Assembly: GCA_965220745.1 (NCBI GenBank)
Contig: CBDCQT010000010.1
Coordinates: forward strand, 1-64,000
DNA length: 64,000 nt
Origin: Alphaproteobacteria bacterium
Lineage (GTDB): Bacteria; Pseudomonadota; Alphaproteobacteria; UBA828
Direction: 5' to 3'
How positions within the stretch are numbered: the stretch's first letter is position 1; each line of letters opens with the position of its first letter. The notes beneath the pieces are model-generated. The model did not search any database and was not told where the DNA came from. It saw only the letters and a program-made list of their open reading frames with translations. Of the stretch, positions 17,961-28,779 are shown in pieces. Position numbers and translations under genes: made by a program.

Positions 17961-19007
17961 TTAAACTTCGAGCACGATCTTGCCAAAGACTGCGCGCGCG
18001 GCAAGTCGTTCGTGGGCGGTGCGCATCTCGGCCAACGGCAGGACCTGGCCGATCACCGGCCTGAGCTTGCCCTGCTCCATCAGGCGAAGCACCTCGTGGT
18101 TGGTCGACTTCGGTGCGAAGTGGCAGCTCGTCATGGTGATCTGCTTGCGGAAAAACTCGATCATGTCGATCTCGACCTTCTCGCCCGCGTGCGCGCCGCA
18201 GGTCGCCAACCGCCCGTTGAGCGCAAGCGCGTCGAGGCTCTGCTGCAGCACCGAACCGCCCACCATCTCGATACAGACATCGACGCCGCGCCCATCGGTG
18301 AGGTCGCGCACGGCGTCGCCGATTGCCGGCGTCTCGTTGTAGTTGATGACCTCGTCGGCGCCAAGCTGACGGGCGCGCGCGAGCTTCTCGTCGGAGCCGG
18401 CGGTGGCGATGATTCGCGCGCCGGCAACACAGGCACATTGGATCGCCGCCGAACCGACGCCGCTGCCGGCGGCGTTGATGAGCACGTCCTCGCCCTGGCG
18501 CACCTGCGCCTTCTTCACCACCAGCTCCCAGGCCGTGGCGAAGGCGACCTGCCCCGCCGCCGCGTCCAGCGCCGAGACGCCGTCGGGAATGCGGAGCACG
18601 TTGTGGTGGGAGACCTTCACGTACTCTGCGTAAGTGCCCCAGCAGGTCACGCCCAGCTTTTCGAAATCGAGGCAGATGTTGTCCATGCCAAGCGCGCAGT
18701 TGCATACCCTGTGCCGGCAGAGGCCAGACGTGATGGTGAGGAAGGGCATGACCCGGTCGCCGGGGCGGAAGGCGCTCACCGCGGCGCCGGTCTCCGCGAC
18801 CGTGCCGGCGCCCTCGACGCCGAGAATGTGCGGCATGTCGAGGCTGAGATAGCCCGAGATGCCGTCGCAGACGTCGAGGTCGAAGTGGTTGAGGCCCACC
18901 GTCTCCAGCTTGATGAGCACGTCCTCGGGTCCGACTTCAGGCGTCTCGATATCCTCGTAGACGAGCTCCTCGGGCCCGCCGTGACGGTGGATGACGACCG
19001 CCTTCAT
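17961..19007 (-). CDS. Zinc-binding dehydrogenase (MDR family)
   Basis: PHILGVEGAG, Cys cluster and AAGSGVGSAA motifs. Confidence 0.9.
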   Translation of the reverse strand: MKAVVIHRHGGPEELVYEDIETPEVGPEDVLIKLETVGLNHFDLDVCDGISGYLSLDMPHILGVEGAGTVAETGAAVSAFRPGDRVMPFLTITSGLCRHRVCNCALGMDNICLDFEKLGVTCWGTYAEYVKVSHHNVLRIPDGVSALDAAAGQVAFATAWELVVKKAQVRQGEDVLINAAGSGVGSAAIQCACVAGARIIATAGSDEKLARARQLGADEVINYNETPAIGDAVRDLTDGRGVDVCIEMVGGSVLQQSLDALALNGRLATCGAHAGEKVEIDMIEFFRKQITMTSCHFAPKSTNHEVLRLMEQGKLRPVIGQVLPLAEMRTAHERLAARAVFGKIVLEV

Positions 19008-19516
19008 GCCTGCGCACTCCGTTTGACTGCGGCCCGCCTGCGCCTGCGGGCCGGATACTCGGCGCCGGCCACTCTCTCGCCCTGGTCCGCATCGGGTGGC
19101 CCCTTGAGCTCCACCGTGTTGCCGTCCGGGTCGGTAAGGTAGAGCGAGGGCCCATGACCGTCGGCGCCGTAGCGCCGCGCGGTCTCGCCCGCCTCGACGC
19201 CGCGCCTCTTCAGATAGCGGCGGAGCCTCTTCTCGTCGAAGGCGGCGAGCTTGAGGGCAAAATGCTCCATGTTGCGCCGCATCTTGCCGGGCGCGCCGCC
19301 GCCCGGCTTGCCGGCCTTGCTCGCGACCGGAACCAGGTCGATCAGGTTCGTACCCGCGCGGAGTTGGTAGAGCCCGAAGCTCTCGATGCGCCGCTCGACG
19401 GTGCAGCCGAGCACCCGCTCGTACCAGTCGAGGGAGGCGTCGATGTCCGCCACCCGGAGCACTACATGGTCCAATCCAAGCACTTCGACGGGACTGGGAC
19501 GCGCAGCGGCAGGCAC
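19004..19516 (-). CDS. VOC/glyoxalase family protein
   Basis: LDHVVLRV, RYGADGHGPSLY and DPDGNTVELK motifs. Confidence 0.85.
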   Translation of the reverse strand: MPAAARPSPVEVLGLDHVVLRVADIDASLDWYERVLGCTVERRIESFGLYQLRAGTNLIDLVPVASKAGKPGGGAPGKMRRNMEHFALKLAAFDEKRLRRYLKRRGVEAGETARRYGADGHGPSLYLTDPDGNTVELKGPPDADQGERVAGAEYPARRRRRAAVKRSAQA

Positions 19517-19548
19517 GATCGGAGGTCTCGGTACTGACGACGCGGCGC

Positions 19549-20379
19549 TCAGGCCGCGATCAGCCGTGCGCTCTGGCGCTCGCGCGGGGTCTCCCGCATC
19601 ACCGCCGCCATGTCGGGTGCGTCGTCCGGGCCAACTGGCGTGAGATGGCGGCCGGTGAACGACACCTCCAGGCCATCGTCGCGGAAGGGATAGGGATCGA
19701 GGCTGTAGACGCCGTCGCCCAGCGCCCGGACCTCGATATCGACATCGTCGCCGACACCGCGCGGCACGTTGGCGAAGGTGCTCTCGCCGCGCCCTTCCGG
19801 ATGCACGCAGTTGAAGTAGAGGGCGAAGGTGTCGAAGAACTGCAGAGCCTTGTAGTTAGCGAAGAGTCGTTCGTGCTCCACCCAGGGTGCGGTCTCGGGA
19901 TCGTCCTGCAGCACGGCGGTGAGCCGCTCCTGGCGCTGGCGCTCGGTGTTCAGCATGGTCTGGGCGGCGAGCTTGTGCTGCTCCGGCACGATGTCGATCA
20001 GCACCTTGTCCGACATGCCGTAGCGCCCGTTGTAGAGGCCCCAGATGTGCATGCTGTCCAGCAGCCCGCAGTAGGCGTGGTGCGCTTCGTTGTACTCGGG
20101 CGAGCGGCAGCCGGTCAGCGTGATGATGGGGATCGGCGTCTCCACCAGGTTGTAGGGAAGACCGGTGGCGGGGTCGAGGGGCGGGTTGTCGTCCAGGTCC
20201 TTCCAGCCCTTGTCGTGCCAGCGGCAGGCGTAGCGGAAGTAATCCCGCGGCTGGGGTTCCGCGAAGTCGTCGTTGCCGAAATTCTCGGCGAACTGGTTCA
20301 CGAGCTGGAGGTGCTCGTCGAGGGTGATGGCGAAGCGGGCGCCGTCTGGCCGCTCTTCTGCCTGAGTCTGGATGATCAT
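19549..20379 (-). CDS. DUF3891-like protein
   Basis: EH...FA..FGN..F, HDKGW..LD..P.LDP.TGLPY and YCGLL.SMH motifs. Confidence 0.7.
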   Translation of the reverse strand: MIIQTQAEERPDGARFAITLDEHLQLVNQFAENFGNDDFAEPQPRDYFRYACRWHDKGWKDLDDNPPLDPATGLPYNLVETPIPIITLTGCRSPEYNEAHHAYCGLLDSMHIWGLYNGRYGMSDKVLIDIVPEQHKLAAQTMLNTERQRQERLTAVLQDDPETAPWVEHERLFANYKALQFFDTFALYFNCVHPEGRGESTFANVPRGVGDDVDIEVRALGDGVYSLDPYPFRDDGLEVSFTGRHLTPVGPDDAPDMAAVMRETPRERQSARLIAA

Positions 20380-20483
20380 GGCGTCCCCCCTGCGTTCCCG
20401 TCGATCGCAACGGCGGCAAAGCCTGCGCGACCCTATCAAAGGCGCGGGAGCAAGTCACGGCGGGCCAAAGGGCGGTGGACGCA

Positions 20484-22772
20484 TCACATGAAGCTGTGGG
20501 GGTCGATGTCCACCTGGAGGCGTGCGCGGGCGCGGCGGTCGAGTGCCGCGAGCCACCGCCGCATGTGAGGCTGGAGCAGAACGCCGCGCGGGGCCTTGAA
20601 GAGAAGGCGGAAGCGGTGGCGGCCACGCAGGAGCCTGAGCGGCGCCGGCGCGGGGCCCAGCACCTGGATGCCGAGAGTCTTCTCTTCGGCGCGTGCGGTG
20701 CGCGCGAGGGCCGAAGCCGCACGTAGAGCTTCTGACTCGCTGGGGCCGGACGCGATCACCGCCGCGAGACGGCCAAAGGGCGGCAGGCCGTGGGCTTCGC
20801 GCGCCGACGCCTCCTGCGCCATGAAGGAGTCGCGGTCGCCGGCAGCGAGCGCCGTGATGACCGGGTGCTCGGCGGCGTAGGTCTGAAGCACCACACGGCC
20901 GGGGCGCCCACCGCGCCCGGCACGCCCACCGACCTGATGGAGCAGCTGATAGGTGCGCTCGGCCGCGCGCATGTCGCCACCTGCGAGCCCCAGGTCAGCG
21001 TCGACCACGCCTACCAGGGTAAGCTGGGGGAAGTGGTGCCCCTTGGCCACCATCTGCGTGCCGATCAGCACGTCGACCTCATGCGCCACGATGGCATCGA
21101 CCAGGTCCTGCACCTGGCTGGGTCCGCGCACCGTGTCGCTGGTGAGCACCGCCCAACGCGCGCCGGGGAAGGCCTCGTCCACCTCCTCGGCGAGCCGTTC
21201 GACCCCCGGTCCGCAGGCGGCGAAGCTCCCCTCCGCCTCGCAGGCCGGGCAGGCCTCGGGCTGCGCCCGCTGGAAGCCGCAGTGGTGGCACTCCAGCGTG
21301 CCGGCGAAGCGGTGCTCCACCAGCCAGGCGCTGCAGTTGGGGCAGTGGAAGCGATGACCGCAGGCGCGGCACAGTGTCAGCGGCGCATAGCCCCGCCGGT
21401 TGAGGAAGAGCAGTGCCTGCTCGCCGGCGTCCAGGGTCTCGGCAAGGGCCGTGCGCAAGGCCGGTGCGAGCCAGGTGCCGCGTGCCGGCGGCGTCTCGCG
21501 CAGGTCGACGGTCTCGATCGCCGGCAGCTGCGCGCCGCCGTGGCGGTCGGGCAAGCGCTCTCGCCCATAGCGGCCGTTCTCGACGTTGACCACCGTCTCC
21601 AGCGACGGCGTGGCCGATACCAGGACGATGGGGCAGCCCTCGAAGCGCGCGCGCACCACCGCCATGTCGCGGGCGTGATAGATGACGCCGTCCTCCTGCT
21701 TGAAGGCGGCGTCGTGCTCCTCGTCGACCACGATGAGACCTAGGGTGCGGAAGGACAGCCAGAGTGCCGAGCGCGCGCCGACCACCACCTGCGCCCGGCC
21801 CTCGGCGACGGCGCGCCAGGTTTCGCGCCGCTGGCGTGTGCCGAGCTCGGAGTGCCAGACGGCGGGTTCCACACCGAAGCGCGCCCGGAAACGCGCGAGC
21901 CATTGGGCGCTCAGCGCGATCTCGGGCAGCATCACCAGCACCTGATGACCCTGATCGAGCGCGGCCGAGATGGCCTCGAAATAGACCTCGGTCTTGCCGG
22001 AGCCGGTCACGCCGTCGAGGACGGTAACCGAGAACGCCTGGGCGGCAACCTGCTGCCGCAACGCCTTGGCGGCGGCTCCCTGCGCCTGGGACAAGATGGG
22101 ACCCACCCGAGACGTGTCGGGGCGGCCGAAGCTCGCGACCTCCCGCATCGCGACTGCCTCGAGCACACCGAGCGTGGCGAGCCCGCGCACCACCCCGGCA
22201 CTCACGCCGGCCTGGCGCGCGATCTCGGTAGCGGTGAGCGGCGGCCCCTCCCGCAGCTGCGCGACGACCCGCGCCCGCGCTTCCGTGATGCGCGGCGCCT
22301 CGCCGGGCCCCAGCCGGTAGGCGGTGCGCAGGGGCGCAGGCTCCAGGGCTCCGGGGACGCTCATCGCCATGCGCAGAACGGACCCTCGGTTGGTCAGCGT
22401 GTAGTCGGCCGTCCAGTCGATCAGGTTACGGAGCGGCTCGGTCATGGGCGGGACCTCCAGCACCGCCGCCACCGACTTGAGGCGGGCGGGTTCGACATCG
22501 CCTTCGCCCGCGCCCCAGACCACGCCGACCCGCTCCACCCTGCCGAGCGGCACCCGCACGAAGGCGCCGGGCGCGATAGCGGGCGTGAGTTCGGCGGGCA
22601 CGGCGTAGTCGTAGGCGCACTCCAGCGGCAGCGGCATGAGCACGGCGACGGTCGCAGGTGCGCGCGCGCCCTCCCCGTCCCCGCCTTCACCGCTGGCCGC
22701 TCCGCTCACGACACCCTGCCGGTGGCGGCGCGATGGAACCGGCGCAGCGGACGTGCTAAGAGGCCGCCCCAA
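20484..22772 (-). CDS. priA: Primosomal protein N' (start codon uncertain)
   Basis: [16 protein letters not shown], two CxxC zinc fingers and [12 protein letters not shown]. Confidence 0.95.
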   Translation of the reverse strand: MGRPLSTSAAPVPSRRHRQGVVSGAASGEGGDGEGARAPATVAVLMPLPLECAYDYAVPAELTPAIAPGAFVRVPLGRVERVGVVWGAGEGDVEPARLKSVAAVLEVPPMTEPLRNLIDWTADYTLTNRGSVLRMAMSVPGALEPAPLRTAYRLGPGEAPRITEARARVVAQLREGPPLTATEIARQAGVSAGVVRGLATLGVLEAVAMREVASFGRPDTSRVGPILSQAQGAAAKALRQQVAAQAFSVTVLDGVTGSGKTEVYFEAISAALDQGHQVLVMLPEIALSAQWLARFRARFGVEPAVWHSELGTRQRRETWRAVAEGRAQVVVGARSALWLSFRTLGLIVVDEEHDAAFKQEDGVIYHARDMAVVRARFEGCPIVLVSATPSLETVVNVENGRYGRERLPDRHGGAQLPAIETVDLRETPPARGTWLAPALRTALAETLDAGEQALLFLNRRGYAPLTLCRACGHRFHCPNCSAWLVEHRFAGTLECHHCGFQRAQPEACPACEAEGSFAACGPGVERLAEEVDEAFPGARWAVLTSDTVRGPSQVQDLVDAIVAHEVDVLIGTQMVAKGHHFPQLTLVGVVDADLGLAGGDMRAAERTYQLLHQVGGRAGRGGRPGRVVLQTYAAEHPVITALAAGDRDSFMAQEASAREAHGLPPFGRLAAVIASGPSESEALRAASALARTARAEEKTLGIQVLGPAPAPLRLLRGRHRFRLLFKAPRGVLLQPHMRRWLAALDRRARARLQVDIDPHSFM

Positions 22773-22909
22773 TTCGTCGCAGGCCCGAAGCCGAGTCGAG
22801 TCGCGGATGCTGCGGTCATGCTCTCGTCCTGCATCACGCGCGCGCCGGCGTCCAGCCCGATGACGGCAGGGGCCGGCAGAGGGCGGCGGCCCGCAAACGG
22901 AGCGGCGGC

Positions 22910-23572
22910 ATGAAGTTCTTCGTAGACACCGCGGACATCGCCGAGATCGAGGACCTCGCCGCGACCGGCCTGCTCGACGGTGTGACCACCAATCCCTCGC
23001 TCATCGCCAAGAGCGGCGGCGACTTCTTCGAGGTCATCCGGAACATCTGCGACATCGTGCCGGGGCCCGTGAGCGCCGAGGTCACCGCGACCGACGCCGA
23101 GACCATGCTCTCGGAAGGCCGGACGCTCGCCGCCATCGCGCCCAACGTCGCGGTCAAGGTGCCGCTGACCTGGGACGGGCTCAAGGCCTGCCGCGCGCTG
23201 AGCCAGGGCGGTACCAAGGTCAACGTCACCCTCTGCTTCTCGCCGTCTCAGGCGTTGCTGGCGGCGAAGGCCGGCGCCTCCTTCATCTCGCCCTTCGTCG
23301 GCCGCCTCGACGATATCAGCCAGGACGGCATGGGCCTGATCCGCGAGATCGCGACGATCTACGGCGCGTATCCCGACACCATCGGCACCGAGATCCTGGT
23401 GGCCTCGATCCGCCACCCGCTCCACGTGGTGGAGGCCGCGAAGCTCGGCGCCCATGTGGCGACGGTGCCGCCGGCGGTGCTGCGCAAGCTCGCGAGCCAC
23501 CCGCTCACCGACAAGGGCCTCGACGCCTTCCTCGCCGATTGGCAGAAGACGGGACAATCGATCCTGTCATGA
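22910..23572 (+). CDS. tal: Transaldolase / fructose-6-phosphate aldolase
   Basis: [23 protein letters not shown] and SPFVGRLDD motifs. Confidence 0.9.
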   Translation: MKFFVDTADIAEIEDLAATGLLDGVTTNPSLIAKSGGDFFEVIRNICDIVPGPVSAEVTATDAETMLSEGRTLAAIAPNVAVKVPLTWDGLKACRALSQGGTKVNVTLCFSPSQALLAAKAGASFISPFVGRLDDISQDGMGLIREIATIYGAYPDTIGTEILVASIRHPLHVVEAAKLGAHVATVPPAVLRKLASHPLTDKGLDAFLADWQKTGQSILS

Positions 23573-23591
23573 GCGACCCTCTACCGCTGCC

Positions 23592-24539
23592 ATGAGCGAG
23601 CCTCTCCCGGCCGCAGCCGACCTGGCGACGGCGGTGGAGACCTGGCTCAGCCGCCTCGCCGACGAGCGGCGGCGCGCCGACAACACCATCGCCGCCTACC
23701 GGCGCGACCTCGGCGACTTCCTGGGATTTCTGGCGGAACATCGGGGCGAAGCGCCTGACCTCGCGACGCTCGGTGCGCTCAACGTGCGCGACGTGCGCGC
23801 CTGGCTCGCGCGCAGGGCGGCGAAGGGCCTCGCCAAGACCTCCACCGCGCGGGCGCTCTCGGCCGTCCGCGTCTTCTTCCGATACCTGGAGCGCGAAGGC
23901 GTTCCCGTGTCGTCGGCGCTTTCGCTGGTGCGAGCACCGAAGACACCGCGCGGCGTGCCCCGGCCACTCACCGAGGGCCAAGCCAGGGCCGTCGTCGAGT
24001 TGAACCAGGGGAACGGGGCACCGGCCGATTGGACCGCCCGGCGGGATATCGCGGTGCTGCTGTTGCTCTACGGCTGCGGGCTTCGCATCGGCGAGGCATT
24101 GGGGCTCGACCGCGCCGATGCGCCGGCCGAGGGCAATATGCTGCGCAGCCTGATGATCACCGGCAAGGGCGGCAAGCAGCGGGTGGTGCCAGTGCTACCC
24201 GTCGTCGCCGAGGCAATCTCCGATTACCTCGCGGCCTGCCCGCACCGGTTGGAGCCGGGCGATCCGCTCTTCGTCGGCGTGCGCGGCAAGCGGCTTCAGC
24301 CAAAGCTGGTGCAGCAGACCATGGCACGGCTGCGCGGCGCGCTCGGCCTGCCGGAATCGGCGACGCCGCACGCGCTCCGCCACAGCTTCGCCACCCACCT
24401 GCTCGCGGGCGGCGGGGATCTCCGCACGATCCAGGAGCTGCTCGGCCACGCGAGCCTCTCCACCACGCAGCGCTATACCGAGGTGGACGAGGCCGGGCTG
24501 CTCGCCGCCTACGCCGCAGCACATCCGCGCGCAGGATGA
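23592..24539 (+). CDS. xerC: Tyrosine recombinase XerC
   Basis: LLYGCGLRIGE, TPHALRHSFATHLL and GHASLSTTQRYT; priA-tal-xerC synteny. Confidence 0.9.
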   Translation: MSEPLPAAADLATAVETWLSRLADERRRADNTIAAYRRDLGDFLGFLAEHRGEAPDLATLGALNVRDVRAWLARRAAKGLAKTSTARALSAVRVFFRYLEREGVPVSSALSLVRAPKTPRGVPRPLTEGQARAVVELNQGNGAPADWTARRDIAVLLLLYGCGLRIGEALGLDRADAPAEGNMLRSLMITGKGGKQRVVPVLPVVAEAISDYLAACPHRLEPGDPLFVGVRGKRLQPKLVQQTMARLRGALGLPESATPHALRHSFATHLLAGGGDLRTIQELLGHASLSTTQRYTEVDEAGLLAAYAAAHPRAG

Positions 24540-24587
24540 CGGTCGCCGAACCCGGCGCCGGGCGGTGCCGGGGTCAGACGATCATGG

Positions 24588-25124
24588 TCAGGCGGCCTTG
24601 GCCTGGGCGCGAGATTCCACGTAGGCGAGCATGGTCTCGGCGTCGGAGACTTCGAAGGGATCGTCCGACGCGTTGTCGCAGAACCCCGGCTCCACGAACA
24701 TCTTCGTGATCTCGCCGTCCTCGACCAGCATGGAGTAGCGCCAGCTGCGCAGGCCGAAGCCGAGATTGTCCTTGTCCACCAGCATGCCCATGAAGCGCGT
24801 GAAGGTGCAGGAGCCGTCCGGCAACAGGGTGACATCCTCCACCCTCTGGTGCTTGCCCCACTGGTACATGACGAAGGCGTCGTTGACCGCGAGACAGATC
24901 ACCTCGTCGATGCCGGCCTCCATGAATCGAGCGTGCAGCGCCTCGTAGCCGGGCAGGTGGGTGCTGCTGCAGGTCGGCGTGAACGCGCCCGGCAGCGCGA
25001 ACAGCACCACCCTGCGACCGTTGAAAATCTCGGCGCTGGTCCGATCCTGCCAACGGAACGGGTTCGGCCCCTCGACGCGCTCGTCGCGGACGCGGGTCTT
25101 GAATGTCACCTCTGGTACACGCAT
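24588..25124 (-). CDS. Peroxiredoxin (Prx5 type)
   Basis: [17 protein letters not shown] and RSWRYSM motifs. Confidence 0.9.
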   Translation of the reverse strand: MRVPEVTFKTRVRDERVEGPNPFRWQDRTSAEIFNGRRVVLFALPGAFTPTCSSTHLPGYEALHARFMEAGIDEVICLAVNDAFVMYQWGKHQRVEDVTLLPDGSCTFTRFMGMLVDKDNLGFGLRSWRYSMLVEDGEITKMFVEPGFCDNASDDPFEVSDAETMLAYVESRAQAKAA

Positions 25125-25239
25125 GGCTCTTGCTCCTGATTTGGAATGGCTCCTGAGATGCAAATAAGAACTATTATAATAAAAGTCAAGGGCCGACGCG
25201 TATGCTCTTCCGGCAGTCGCGCCGGAGGTAGCGCCGAAG

Positions 25240-25689
25240 CTACGGCGCGACCGGGTTGAGCGTCGTCAGCCCCTCGTTGGTCGCAGCGTCGCAGAGGCAC
25301 ATGTCCGCACAGACGAGCGTCACCGGCTCGGGCGTGGCTTCGCGCACGACGAGACAGCCCGCAAGCTGAAGCGCGTCGTAAGTGCGGAGCGGATGCCGGT
25401 CGATTAGCCGCGCGGCCTCCTCCATCACCGCCGATGTCAACGGCTGCACCAGGAAGAGCGCCGAAGCGTCGTCCTCGATTTGCCTCAAAATCCGCTCTGC
25501 GTCCGGACCCGAGATGTCGCCTTCACGCTCACGCCGCCTGATCGCCGAGCGGGCTTCGACCTTCGTGAGGTCCAGAATGACCACTTGGCCATCCTCGGCG
25601 TCCTCCACGATGTGCGTGACCCGATCCGCCCCGTCTTCCTCGATGTAGAGCTTGAGCAGCGCACTCGTGTCCAGATAGACGTTCGCCAT
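25240..25689 (-). CDS. vapC: PIN-domain VapC toxin
   Basis: [21 protein letters not shown] and CAD..L..AA motifs. Confidence 0.85.
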   Translation of the reverse strand: MANVYLDTSALLKLYIEEDGADRVTHIVEDAEDGQVVILDLTKVEARSAIRRREREGDISGPDAERILRQIEDDASALFLVQPLTSAVMEEAARLIDRHPLRTYDALQLAGCLVVREATPEPVTLVCADMCLCDAATNEGLTTLNPVAP

Positions 25690-25698
25690 TCGACCGCT

Positions 25699-26367
25699 TC
25701 ACCGTCTGTCGCTGATGACGGTGTCTGCGATAGCACCTCCTCGTATGCGCACTCGCTGGAACCCGGCTCGGCGAGGCGGCGATTCTGCGTTGAACCGCGG
25801 ATGTCGCCGATTGACCCGTATGGCGGTGACCGGATGAAGCGGATTGTTCGGGTTGGGGACCTGGCTGGTCAGGATCAGACGTTGCTCGGTTGCGCGACGC
25901 AGCAGGGCGCCGCTGGCTCTCGGGTCGCAAGCCCAGTCGTAGCCATGCGCACGCAGGTACTGGTCACGGAACCATTTCAGGCCGACAAACTCCCGCGAGC
26001 GCTCGACCTCGGAAAGCGCATGGAGGAGCTGGTCCAAAGCCGTCTCACGGTCGAACGCGCCGGCACCGTCGCCCTCGGCCTCGGCCTCGGAGGCGTCCGG
26101 TCGACGTGGGGCGACCTCGTCGTGCGGGTGATCGGACGGAACGAACTGGATCACCACCTCGCAGTTCTCGGGGTCGAAATAGCTGGCGTCCGCGTCCCTG
26201 CGAACCCTCCTGCCTCCGTCCCTGCCCCGAATGCTGACCCGAGGCTCATGGCCGCCAAGCGGCAGATGCCTCAGCCCTTCCAGCGCCGGCGGCAGGGTCG
26301 ACGTTTTCAGGTTGGCAAGGCTTTGCTCGATATCGAGTTGCAGGTCCCCAATTTGCATCCCATCCAT
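25699..26367 (-). CDS. Hypothetical protein, putative atypical antitoxin
   Basis: 222 aa, 9 bp upstream of vapC; C-terminal tail VRIRGGAIADTVISDRR resembles antitoxin tails. Confidence 0.6.
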   Translation of the reverse strand: MDGMQIGDLQLDIEQSLANLKTSTLPPALEGLRHLPLGGHEPRVSIRGRDGGRRVRRDADASYFDPENCEVVIQFVPSDHPHDEVAPRRPDASEAEAEGDGAGAFDRETALDQLLHALSEVERSREFVGLKWFRDQYLRAHGYDWACDPRASGALLRRATEQRLILTSQVPNPNNPLHPVTAIRVNRRHPRFNAESPPRRAGFQRVRIRGGAIADTVISDRR

Positions 26368-26542
26368 CCTCCATTTCCAATATGTAGATATTTTCTAGAT
26401 AATATCGTGAAAGTATCTTACTCGACGGCACAGTCAAGGCGAAAACGCGCCGCGCGCCAGCGGACGGGCAACGAAGGGCGCTGCTCTCGGATGCGGGGTG
26501 GCTTTGACGAAGCGGCGCCGCGGCGGGCTGCAGCGCCCTGCC

Positions 26543-27301
26543 CTACTCCGCGGCTTCGGCGATGTCGTCGGCTGTCGAGAAGTGGCTGAACATGCCGGTG
26601 AAGCGCTTGCGCTCCGGCGGACGGTAGGTCTTGCGCTTGCTGGTCTTGAGCCCGAGATGCACCAGCAGCTCCGCCTGCTTGGTGGCGCAGACCACGCCGT
26701 CGAGCACCGGCACGCCGAGCTCCGCCTGGAGCTCCGCGGCGAAGCGGGCGAAGCCGGCGCAACCCAAGCACACGGCCTCGGCGTCGTCCTCGGCCACCGA
26801 GCGGCGCACCTCGTCTCTGAGCTTCTCCATCGAGCCTTCCGGGTCGCGCTCGATGTCCAGCACGTAGAGCGGCAGCGTGCGGATGGCGACGATGCGCTCC
26901 GCCATGCCGTAGCCGTGCACCATCTCTTCCAGCAGTGTGCGCACACGGGGAATGACCGAGACGATGGAGAAGCGCGCCGCCACCATCGAGGCGGTGTAGA
27001 ACGAGGCCTCGGCAATGCCGACGACCGGCTTCTCGGTGACCTCGCGTGCGGCGTGAAGGCCGGGGTCGCCGTAGCAGGCGATAACGTAGGCGTCGACGCC
27101 ATCCGCCTCGCCCTTGCGCACCTCGTCGAGGACGCCGCAGGCCGCGACTTGCTCGTCGTAGTAGCTCTCGATCGACTCCGGTCCGAATTCGGGGCTCACC
27201 GCCACGATCTCGGTGCCCGCAGCGGCCACCGATCGCGCCGCCTCGCCGATGCCTTCGGTCATCTCCAGCGTGGTGTTGGGATTGATCACCTTGATCTTCA
27301 T
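26543..27301 (-). CDS. Asp/Glu/hydantoin racemase
   Basis: INPNTT..MT, IACYGDPG and LGCAG motifs. Confidence 0.9.
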   Translation of the reverse strand: MKIKVINPNTTLEMTEGIGEAARSVAAAGTEIVAVSPEFGPESIESYYDEQVAACGVLDEVRKGEADGVDAYVIACYGDPGLHAAREVTEKPVVGIAEASFYTASMVAARFSIVSVIPRVRTLLEEMVHGYGMAERIVAIRTLPLYVLDIERDPEGSMEKLRDEVRRSVAEDDAEAVCLGCAGFARFAAELQAELGVPVLDGVVCATKQAELLVHLGLKTSKRKTYRPPERKRFTGMFSHFSTADDIAEAAE

Positions 27302-27425
27302 CGGTGGCTCTCCCCTTCATGTCCCTCGTGCGCATGCCGTCGGCGGCAACGCCGCGCGGCGGTCCTCACCTGCCCTTCATCATTGGCCTTATCCGGTCCG
27401 GGCTCAACCTCGTATCCGGTCCCGG

Positions 27426-28661
27426 TCAGCCGTGATCGGACATCGGCTGCGCGGATTTGACGCCGCCCTCGGCCCACAGCATAGCAGCCAGGGTGGCCAG
27501 ACCCGAGACGGCGAAGGCGCCGATCAAGGTGTACATGGTTCCGTCGAAGCCCTGGCCGACCAAGCCCCCCAACGGTACCGAAATGAAGGTCGCGAGCGAA
27601 GCGATGACCGCCGCTCCGACGCCCGCGATGTGGCCGAGAGGCTCCATGGCCAGCGCGTTCAGATTCCCGAACAGCAGGCTGACGCTCACGAACACGCTGA
27701 GGAGATAACACATGAAGAGCCAGAACGGCGGAAGCCCATCGAAGACGAAGGCAACCGGGCACGCGACAAGCGAAATCAACGCGATGGCGGCGGCGGCGCC
27801 CTTCGAGAGTCGGCGCATGCCGTACTTCATGACGAGGCGGCCGTTCACGATTGAGCCGACCCCGAACGAGAGCGCGAGCACGCCGAAATAGAGAGGAAAG
27901 AGGGCGCCGGTCCCGTAGGAGTCCTGGAAGATCTGCTGGGCCGAGCCGAGATAGGCCACGAACGGCGCGAATACGAACCCCGTGGCGATCGTGTATCCGA
28001 TGGCGGTCCGAATTCTCAGTATTTCGCCCACGGCCTGGCCGATGGCGCGGGGCGAGAAGGGCCGCCGCCGGTCGGCGGGCAGGGTTTCCGGCTGTCGCAG
28101 CGCAAACCATGCGAAGACGATCGCGGCGATGACGAGGAACGTGACGAAGATCGCGCGCCAGCCTCCCAAGATCAGGAGGCCCTGCCCAAGCGCCGGGGCG
28201 ATGGTGGGAACCATGATGAACACGGCCATCGCGAACGACATGAGCCGGGCCATCAGCCGCCCCTCGTACTGATCGCGCACGAGGGCCATGGTCACGATGC
28301 GGGGCCCCGCCACGCCGATGCCCTGCAGGACACGGCCCGCGATCATCACCTCGAATGTGGGCGCGAAAATGCTCACGAGGCATCCGATCATGAACAGGGC
28401 GAGGCCGGCATGGACGGCGGGCTTGCGCCCGATGCTGTCGGAGAGGGGACCGAACAGCAGCTGGCCAATCCCGAGCCCCAGAAACAGGGACATGATGACC
28501 AACTGAACATCGTTCGGGCGCGAGACGTCGAAATCCCTGCCGATCGCGGGCAGCGCCGGCAGCATCGCGTCGATCGCCAACGCCACCAGCGACATCAGCA
28601 GGCCGACGAGGGGCACGAACTCGGCGGTGCGAAGGGCGTGTCCGCGCTCCGACTGGCTCAT
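27426..28661 (-). CDS. Bcr/CflA multidrug MFS transporter
   Basis: AIDAMLPALP and GPLSDSIGRKP motifs; ~12 hydrophobic segments. Confidence 0.9.
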   Translation of the reverse strand: MSQSERGHALRTAEFVPLVGLLMSLVALAIDAMLPALPAIGRDFDVSRPNDVQLVIMSLFLGLGIGQLLFGPLSDSIGRKPAVHAGLALFMIGCLVSIFAPTFEVMIAGRVLQGIGVAGPRIVTMALVRDQYEGRLMARLMSFAMAVFIMVPTIAPALGQGLLILGGWRAIFVTFLVIAAIVFAWFALRQPETLPADRRRPFSPRAIGQAVGEILRIRTAIGYTIATGFVFAPFVAYLGSAQQIFQDSYGTGALFPLYFGVLALSFGVGSIVNGRLVMKYGMRRLSKGAAAAIALISLVACPVAFVFDGLPPFWLFMCYLLSVFVSVSLLFGNLNALAMEPLGHIAGVGAAVIASLATFISVPLGGLVGQGFDGTMYTLIGAFAVSGLATLAAMLWAEGGVKSAQPMSDHG

Positions 28662-28779
28662 TCTTCCCTCTCGTGTACCGCCGTGATGGTCCTTCCGCCG
28701 GTGACGGCATGTGGCGGTCGGACGGTGGGCTTAGCCCGAACTGATTGTCGGGGGTGTGGTCTGCCTGGCGCCGTTCGAA

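Noticed and set aside
23592-24539. Tyrosine recombinase as the prophage integrase
   Set aside because: Sequence and priA-tal context identify it as chromosomal XerC
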